NCBI GenBank assembly: GCA_000934665.2
Contig: JYFJ02004332.1
Coordinates: 1 to 33,014 of the forward strand
Source of the DNA: Catajapyx aquilonaris
Lineage: Eukaryota
DNA: 33,014 nucleotides
Direction of reading: 5' to 3'
Below, piece after piece: positions 25,722-33,014 of this stretch (position 1 is its first letter; every line of letters begins with the position of its first letter). The notes beneath the pieces were generated by a model. The model was not told the DNA's origin. It ran no database searches and saw nothing but the letters and a program-made list of their open reading frames with translations. The position numbers and the translations under genes are program-made.

Positions 25722-26000
25722 CCTTCAGCTCTCACAACTTCTCACGACTCATGCGCTCCAACAGGATATGACCGCAAGTGTTCCATCACCCTGTAAACAC
25801 CAACACAATAAGTACGCATGCAATCAAGTCATAAAATCCGCTAGGCAGTCTGCTACTGTGCATGTATGTTGAAGCAGCACCAGATCATAAATTGTAATTT
25901 AAATGTACTGTACAAGTAGTACAATATGTATGTAATGTACAAGTGCGCCACAGTACTGTATTTCTGGCGCCAAAATACCGTAAATAAACTCTGGCTTCAC

Positions 26001-26321
26001 CGCCCTCTACTGTGGTACCTGCCCCCCAAACTTTCCTTACGAGTTACCGGACCCAAGCTCTGCATGGTACGCACCTGAAGGTACGGAGAGGACACTGCAC
26101 CGTACGGACTCGATCGAACAACTGAGACTGAAAAAAAAAATGAACAAGTGACAGGGGGGGCGGTGGAAGGGAAAGGTGGAAGGGGGGTGGGAAACCACAG
26201 GGGCCGGATATCACACAGCGGCTGCACTGCCAGCTATGTCGAATAAGCAGGTTCAGTACCTCCGAAATCGCGGCTGTTTTTCGGAAATAAGCGGTTATTT
26301 TTTTGCAATGCGGTGTTGCCA
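26001..26321 (-). promoter_or_regulatory. Probable IPMK promoter and non-coding first exon (about 26129-26075), spliced to the acceptor at 25791
   Basis: Tandem Inr-like TCAGTC/TCAGTT (26131-26120) and a CAG|GTGCGT donor at 26074. TGGCAACACCG (insect housekeeping-promoter type motif) at 26321-26311 and a CTCF-like CAGTAGAGGGCG at 26012-26001. CpG-rich stretch adjoining the CpG-poor gene body. The ATG-containing exon has its own acceptor (TTTACAG), so an upstream exon is required. Confidence 0.45.
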
Positions 26322-27876
26322 GATTTGGGCACCCTCTGGGCATTGACTCACTCCCTTTGAAGGTTGTGAACTCGTTTGTCAAAACATACCGGATCGGTGG
26401 GAATGTCTGAGTCATCGCCCTGTCGTCTTTGCCCTGATGACACACTTGGGATTGGGAGTCCTTGGGTGAAAGGGAAGTGGTATTTTTTTTAAAAAAAGGG
26501 GGGTGGGGGTGTGAAGAGATATTGACACACACATGTATCTAGCCTACATGCAAAGGGTGATGCTCCCAAGGTACGTCGTTGACATAAAAACAATGTGCCA
26601 GGGCAGGGGGCAAGGGTTCAAAAGGGGAAAGTACAGTGTCTGAAATTACATCACGGGTTGTTCACCCCCAGCAACCCGGTTGCTACGATGCCTACGAATA
26701 AATGATTGTATTTCAATGAGAAAGTACTCGCGGTGCGGAAAGGAATGACATCAACAATGCTGTCATTGCTGTATGTCACAATAATAATGGGAACAAAGGT
26801 GTGAAGTCAACAGGATTAATCGTCGGAACAGTACGCACGCAATTACTCACTACTTTAAAAAAAAAAGTTCATTTTTAATCTTGAAAAGTTGTTTTTTGAC
26901 ACAATAGTCCACCCATAATATCTTGCTGTTTGCGTAAATATTAAACAAAAAAATATGCAGTAGTCAGACATTTTTATTATCTCACTCGTATTCCTCGTAT
27001 TAGATGGCAATCTTATCTAGCTATCTATTGCACTACAGACTACACCATTACTGATAGACGCCTATTTCAGCATATAGGCATTACTCCTTGATAAAAGCAT
27101 TTTGGGACTCCAAAAAATCTCCTGTTGTACAGTAGGCTACATTACATCAGTAAGAAACTGGTGCTGTGAATATTCCATAATTAATTATTAATATTTTTAT
27201 TTTGTTTTTATTTTTATTTTCCTACCCCTTGCTCAGGGCTATGTCCCTGTTTCGGGGGACACACATTTCCAGTTTCCACATTACTCCAATTCACTCCTCT
27301 CAAGTTCACTCTTAATTTATACATTAACAACACTTCTTGTTCATTTGTAGTAAAAAAAGAGTAAAAATAAAATAAAAAAGAAGAAAAAAGGACAGAAAAT
27401 TTGAGTATTGGTGGACATCTCATATGGGTTCCTTTTATGGGACTTCAAAATTGCTTTAATACGCAGAAAATTTAATTCGTTTGTTATTAACATTTTGAAA
27501 AAACTTAAATAAGGCAAAAATTAATTATTAATACAGTGCATTAATATCAAGATGATTGATTTGTTGAACTATAAGTCACATGTTGATCAATAGTTAGAAG
27601 TTAGATAATCCTTATTCGTACTTGTTGATATCCGTCAGTTTCATGACAGATCAATAATTGCAATTCCATAACCTGTAATTCCAGTTTCATGAAAGTGTCC
27701 AGTGAGGTGTCCATCATTGTCATTTTAATTCAAATTGTGCTTCGTGACACATAAGTTTCCTTTTTGTCTGTACCTTGAAGATGACCGAAATCCTTAGCAA
27801 CAAAAAATCATCGGAAAGGACAAGTCAAATAAAGTTAGCCTCGTGCGATAAAGTCATGGATTGTCAGCATGATGAA

Positions 27877-27882
27877 TTTATT
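27877..27882 (-). terminator. Likely polyadenylation signal (AATAAA) of the minus-strand SmydA gene
   Basis: First minus-strand AATAAA, about 200 nt after the TAA at 28085. Confidence 0.4.
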
Positions 27883-28084
27883 TTGCTATACAACTTTCAT
27901 ATTGACCCTCTCTTCATGATGTGTTATGCGGCCAATAAATATACTCAAGTCGCGCACAGCATTTATATAGTAACATCTGGACAAGAAGGAATTACATTAT
28001 TTGATTATAGTATATGGCATGCACGCAGGGAAGTAGGTTCCTTGCATCATTAAATAAGACAGACCCCCGACATGCTGCTTTCAT

Positions 28085-30988
28085 TTACATTTCATCAACC
28101 ATGTCAATACAATGTTGCACCTGCGACATCGCACCAGAAGCAGCCACTGCCATTTGACCTTCCGGAGTGTTGGGATCCTCATAAGACAAAATTTCTGCAG
28201 CACCTTTCAGAAACCTCTGTGCTTCCTTCAGCCTCTCCCTGACTTCATCCTGACTCAATTCTCCGTACTGAAACCCTCTGTTGGCCAACAAGAATATCGG
28301 TGCATGGATCTCGTACATGGTCACGCCTGTGGAAGGAAACAATCGTTAGATATGAAATTTGTATCCGGATCATGACAAGCAAACAATGTGCGGTGACCTC
28401 TGAGTCTGGAGAGTCCTGGTTCAATTATGTCCGCCACCCCTAGGACCTCTCTGCAGAAATCAATCTTTCGCTCTAGTAAAACGTCTGGTAAGTCGTCCAA
28501 GATGTACCCTGGGGCTCTGCCGTACAATTGACTTAAAGAATGCTTCATGCCTATTAGAAGCCAATGATTTGGATGAAGTGCTGGAGCGTAACGTCTCAAT
28601 GTTTCTTCCAGTTTGAAGATATCATGTCCGGCTACATCGATCTGGAAAATATTAATTAGTGCAAAAATTATTATATGCCGTCAATTGGGGTGGGATTGTG
28701 CCAGGTGGTGTGAGATTGTGCCAGCGTATTTTTGGGGGGATAACAGTGCGAATTTTACTCGTCATTATCAACCTTGACTAGAGATGAGGCTGTAGGAAGA
28801 GAGTTGCCAACTTCTACGTCACGGTCGTCTCTGATTGGCTGGAGTAATATTATGGACTGTTTAGGTGTCCTATGGAGGCTTCCATCTTGCGTTGACATGG
28901 AAAAAGTGGCCGATTCTGACGTCACGGTTGACTCCGATTGGCTAAATTCGCTAATTTACGCCTTTTGCCAGTAGGGTGCAATGTTGTCCCCCAAAAAATG
29001 CGATGGCACAATCTCACCACACCTGGCACAATCTCACCCCCAATTGTCGGTAATGATTAACTTAACCAACCGAATTCTCGACGACAGCCAGAAGCTTGTT
29101 GACAGACGCGTTTTTAAGCTGAAAATCACAGTTGTCACAGTTCCACTCGGCATCGTCGGCATCGTTGAGAGGATCTTTCGGAAGCACCAGACCTGGTCCA
29201 CATTTGGAGCACTTGAGAGAAGACATGTGGGTACCCAACTCGGTCGGATCGGTACATCTCCGGCAGCTGCACAGGAAGTACTTTCCTTGTTGCAACTGAC
29301 GGCGACGTGGTGTGGTTCCATTCAAAGTGTGAGTGTACTGCATGGTCACCAACGATCCCTGCGGATAACAAGTGGTCACCTGTACCGCAAATACTGCAGT
29401 GCGCATGCAGATAATTCCGGAACTGCATCTCAGACCAGGTCGGTCGATACATTTTACTGGTGAGATTTACGACTGGAAATGAATGCGGAATTTACCTTTG
29501 GGATCGAGATGGAGGCTCGGATGACCATTCGGTATTGGTCACTCTCTATAATGTGATGGGTGTTGTTCACACATTCATGAGACATAATGGCTGCCCTGGG
29601 ATACACTCCTCGGATGCGGAACCCATCACCTCTGATTTCGAAGCAGTTCACGTCCAAAATCCCAATAACTTTGTGGATCTCTTCCTCTTCGAATGGAAGC
29701 CCAAGTTTGTTCCTCAAGAAGTCCACAATATTCACCTGGAAAATCACATGTCTCAATATTGTATGCAATCCTATGACGTATACAGTACCTTATTGACTTT
29801 CCATTCATCCAAGGTGCATCTGGCTTCTTTGTGATCTTCCATGACAGACATTGCCTCCCAGGACACCGGATTATCTTCCTTGAGCAGCAGGCATCGAAGA
29901 GGTGTGATACACTCGTACACTGGACAGTCCTTTTCAAAGTTTGTGATCTGCGATGCTACTTCAGGATGTTTGGCAAACACCTTACACTCTCCCTGTAAAA
30001 TTCCTAATCAGAAAAAAAAGTCCGTTGCCCAACGTTGACCTGCAATACCTGATGTTCAGCATCGTCCTGGCAATCGGCTTCACACATTGGCCAATTACAT
30101 TTAGTGCATCTGTACGAGCCATCAACTGGCCTGTAACATGTCAGACAAACAGGTGTCGTGTCCTGTTTAGGTCCGACCATTACAGGCACCTCCGCAAACA
30201 CAACCTCACCCATTGGCAATGTCCTTGTGGCCCTCATGTACCTGCGACAAACATGAGTATAGCATCTGAACAAAAAATTGGCAATATGCAAATTTTTGTA
30301 ATATGGGCGAAAATGACCCAGATATTAAATTGCATTTTTTTCTCCTCTGAGTGGTGCAGTACCTGCCCAGAACCTCGTTCGTTTCGACTCGTACAGGACA
30401 GCACATCGGAATATGGTCGTCCCAATCCTGCATTCGATGTTCTTTGGAGCAATACGACGCCCCAGAGCACCCAGTACATCGGTATCGAGCGTCTTTTCCG
30501 CAATTTTCGGCATCGCACTTTTTCCCAGGTGGAGCCGCCTCCTCCTATAAATCCAGATTAATTATTCACGATAGATCCTCTTAAATTCCAGAACTTTGAA
30601 ATATTTAGAACCGACCAGTTCATATCGATCCGCTACTTTTAATACCGCGGGTATCTTAAAAACGCAGTTTGCTGAAACCTGTGTCAAAGTGGCTATATCA
30701 GATTTCCGATTAGCGTCAGACCCCCAACTATTTTTAACCGTCCAGAACTAAGCTGTCAAGCACTTATCGTATGATCATGACTTATTGCGACTTTAAATTA
30801 TACACATGACATAGCACAATAGTATCTAAATATAAACCAGCATATGATCGATCATACCCAGTAATGTACTAGCAATTTGAATAGATGTGACATCAATAAA
30901 CATTAGCGCCATTTTTTAAATATTTGACACATATTGATAGTTAATTCGATGAAATGTGACTCACCAGGTCTGGCAGCTGGTTTTCCAT
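28085..30988 (-). CDS. SET and MYND domain protein, arthropod SmydA type (SmydA-8/msta-like lysine methyltransferase), 8 coding exons: 30988-30965, 30544-30363, 30241-30049, 29992-29789, 29735-29496, 29358-29071, 28641-28398, 28326-28085; 1617 nt, 538 aa
   Basis: ACCATGG start context, MENQLPDL followed by a GTGAGT donor. N-terminal MYND finger (CDAENCGKDARYRCTGCSGASYCSKEHRMQDWDDHIPMC). SET-N (LGRYMRATRTLPMGEVVFAEVP) and inserted Cys-rich MYND-like region (CLTCYRPVDGSYRCTKCNWPMCEADC...HQGEC). SET-C (ILDVNCFEI...AAIMSHECVNN...IRASISIPKGSLVTMQY), post-SET (KYFLCSCRRCTDPTELG) and helical C-terminus (LHPNHWL...PGLSRLRGVTMYE). All introns are GT-AG and the exon lengths sum to a multiple of 3. Confidence 0.92.
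28678..29050. mobile_element. MITE (non-autonomous DNA transposon, probably Tc1/mariner-pogo superfamily) in SmydA intron 6
   Basis: Imperfect terminal inverted repeats of about 68 bp. Left: CCGTCAATTGGGGTGGGATTGTGCCAGGTGGTGTGAGATTGTGCCAGCGTATTTTTGGGGGGATAACA. Right, reverse-complemented: CCGACAATTGGGGGTGAGATTGTGCCAGGTGTGGTGAGATTGTGCCATCGCATTTTTTGGGGGACAACA. Each TIR has two GATTGTGCCA subrepeats. Flanks are TG (left) and TA (right), consistent with a mutated TA target-site duplication. No coding capacity. Confidence 0.85.
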
Positions 30989-32759
30989 GGTGGTTTCCAA
31001 CCAAGGTTTATTTCTGGACTGAGTTTTCGATTCACACACGCTTATGGAGAGAGGGCAGCATGTGAGGATCCTTCTCGTTCCAGGCGCACCGGCTTACTGC
31101 AAGGGGCCAATGTGCGAAAAAAATATCATGTCATTAAAAGGGCGTGGCTTTTGTTACGTAACTTTTTCGCACAGGTTTAATCAGTGCGCTGCTTAAAAGT
31201 AGGGTAATTAAAGAGTGGTTTTTTTCGGCGATATTTTGCGCAGAATGAGGCCTGCAGAGGGCATGGGATGAACATCTCCGGTCTATTTTGAAATAGGTGT
31301 ATAAATAGGCGTCCTTTCTGCCAACCCTTCCTCTCGGGCAACGATCTTTCAAGAAACTACTCGTGTTGTCTAGAAGATTCTGTGGTAATTACCATTTTTT
31401 AAATGGTGTCTAATTAGATTCGCATGTGTGATTTTAGTCATGTGATAGTGGGTGAGATGGAATTGGTGAGAAATGTGCCTGGTAGTAAGGATGACCATCG
31501 ATTTAGTGTCAAAATCGAGTCAAATTAATGGTTTGTGTAAACTGACAGTTTCTCACGCTGAAATTTTAATCGGGTTTGGACAAATTGGGAAGCCGGGGCC
31601 TGCAGGGGCCTAAATATGGCCTCGATTTTTATGACAATATTGACTTGGTATACGGTAGTAGCCTATATGTACTGAACGAGTATGTGTAGCCTATACTATA
31701 GGATACAATAGCGTATGTACAGAGCATCGAATACCGGTACGTAGAATTCCACGCGAAATATTTAGTGTTACAATTATGCACCCTTTACATTTTACGCCCC
31801 CAAATTGTGGAAACATTTTCTAGTCTATACACTGCATAGGCCTACTATTGATTTTGTACTGCAAATATTTGCGCCCATTTTAAATCGCTGAAGCCCTATA
31901 AAAAAATAGGGCATTGCACTGTGCATGATCATGTTGTAGTTCCTTGCCGCATTAGAGTTGCATAATTGAAGGGATTGGCAGTGAGCTCTATAACAACCCT
32001 CTTATTACATTGAATGGTCCAATCCAGGAATAATAGTCAACAGAAACAGGCAATATTGCGGATTTGAGTTTCGCATATGCAAATAATGTGCTATCATAAA
32101 ACCAATAAACCTTTATGCAAACAATGTGCTGCATAAATCGTGTCTCATTTGAAGAGCTGCAATTATGTGCAGGCGAGGATTTCTGGAGGATTTTGACCTA
32201 GAAAATCGCTGAAATTTTTATTGGTAGAAATAAGGATCACGCTTTAATTTTGATGTCTTGCAGTCCTTACACGCAGTTCATATAAACAGGCCATGCACCT
32301 TATTGCATTATGCGGGTGTCCCATATGGAACTGTAAATTATTTTGTGTAGGCCTATACTGGCCTATACGTAGTGTGTGTGATGTAGAGTTTGTTGACTTG
32401 CGCAAGTTTCTACTTTCAAATATTTCTTAGGGTGTGGCTATGACCTGAGATTTTGCAACAAAAATAGGATCTGCCCTAATTCCTTCCTAAATATCAAAAT
32501 TTTGATATGTAGGTAATAAATTATCTATAACATCATCTTATTAAAAGTAACTATTTCTACTGAACAACATGCAGTTTTGTTACTAGAAAACTCAAATAAA
32601 AATGCGTAACAATTCCATAATACATGCACAATTTGAAGGTTTTTAAAATTAAATTTTGTTGTATGACCATCTCGATTCTTCGGAATTGCTGTATGGTAAC
32701 AAATGGCCCCCTTTACTCATCCTGACATGTTGTCTTTAATATATTGACAGGTCCATAAC

Positions 32760-33014
32760 ATGAAAGAAGAAGGTCCCTGCGGATTTTGCGGTTCACCAGC
32801 CACCCTGAAGTGCAGTTCCTGCAGCTCGGTCCATTATTGCAGCCGCGACCACCAGAAGTCTGCTTGGAAGCGCCACAAGAGCCAATGTCGTCCGTACAAG
32901 AAGCAGTCCTCCGAAGGTCTAGGCCGTCACTTTGTCTGCATCCGAGATCTGAAGCCAGGAGAAATCATCTTGGAAGAAGCTCCACTGGTGGTCGGACCTC
33001 CTCGTTACACCATC
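32760..33014 (+). CDS. Second SmydA-like SET/MYND protein, 5' part, truncated by the window end; possible extra upstream exon 32663(or 32693)-32695 spliced to the acceptor at 32750
   Basis: Open frame absent from the ORF track because it has no stop in the window: MKEEGPCGFCGSPATLKCSSCSSVHYCSRDHQKSAWKRHKSQCRPYKKQSSEGLGRHFVCIRDLKPGEIILEEAPLVVGPPRYTI. This is a canonical zf-MYND followed by a SET-N motif (LGRH..RDLKPGEIILEEAPL). An acceptor TTGACAG ends at 32750, and ATG|GTAACA at 32693-32701 would give a 55-bp phase-0 intron. Confidence 0.9.
   Translation, partial: MKEEGPCGFCGSPATLKCSSCSSVHYCSRDHQKSAWKRHKSQCRPYKKQSSEGLGRHFVCIRDLKPGEIILEEAPLVVGPPRYTI

Noticed and set aside
28981..30584. Long plus-strand ORFs (160, 124, 202 aa) and alternative-frame minus ORFs
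   Set aside because: Antisense or out-of-frame shadows of the SmydA exons.
1..33014. CRISPR arrays, prokaryotic operons or defence systems, rRNA, known miRNAs
   Set aside because: No regularly spaced repeats or intronless gene clusters. Only seed-length matches to miRNAs I recall (e.g. TATCACAG at 9961), without convincing hairpins. The DNA is intron-containing and eukaryotic.

Overview
Eukaryotic genomic DNA, most likely arthropod (short 53-137 bp GT-AG introns, SmydA-type genes); not prokaryotic. The right half holds three protein-coding genes that I reconstructed exon by exon. (1) Inositol polyphosphate multikinase (IPMK/Ipk2), minus strand, 5 coding exons, 299 aa, 25721-20347. (2) A SmydA-8/msta-like SET-and-MYND lysine methyltransferase, minus strand, 8 coding exons, 538 aa, 30988-28085. 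(3) A second SmydA-like paralog, head-to-head on the plus strand from about 32760, cut by the window edge. Introns carry two MITEs and a tRNA-derived SINE head. The left ~19 kb has no recognisable protein domain. It does contain three minus-strand exon candidates with a start codon and a perfect GTAAGT donor in phase 0 (18861, 16054, 10225), which suggests alternative 5' exons of a large unidentified gene continuing left of the window. The most 5' of these has a strong acceptor just downstream of the likely IPMK 3' end, raising a shared-promoter or dicistronic hypothesis. Other observations: a P-to-L change in the IPMK PxxxDxKxG signature, uORF-rich leaders, CpG depletion over the IPMK gene body, and an excess of TACAGTA/TAGGCCTA footprint-like words. 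All gene models and family calls come from manual reading and motif recall; no database searches were run.
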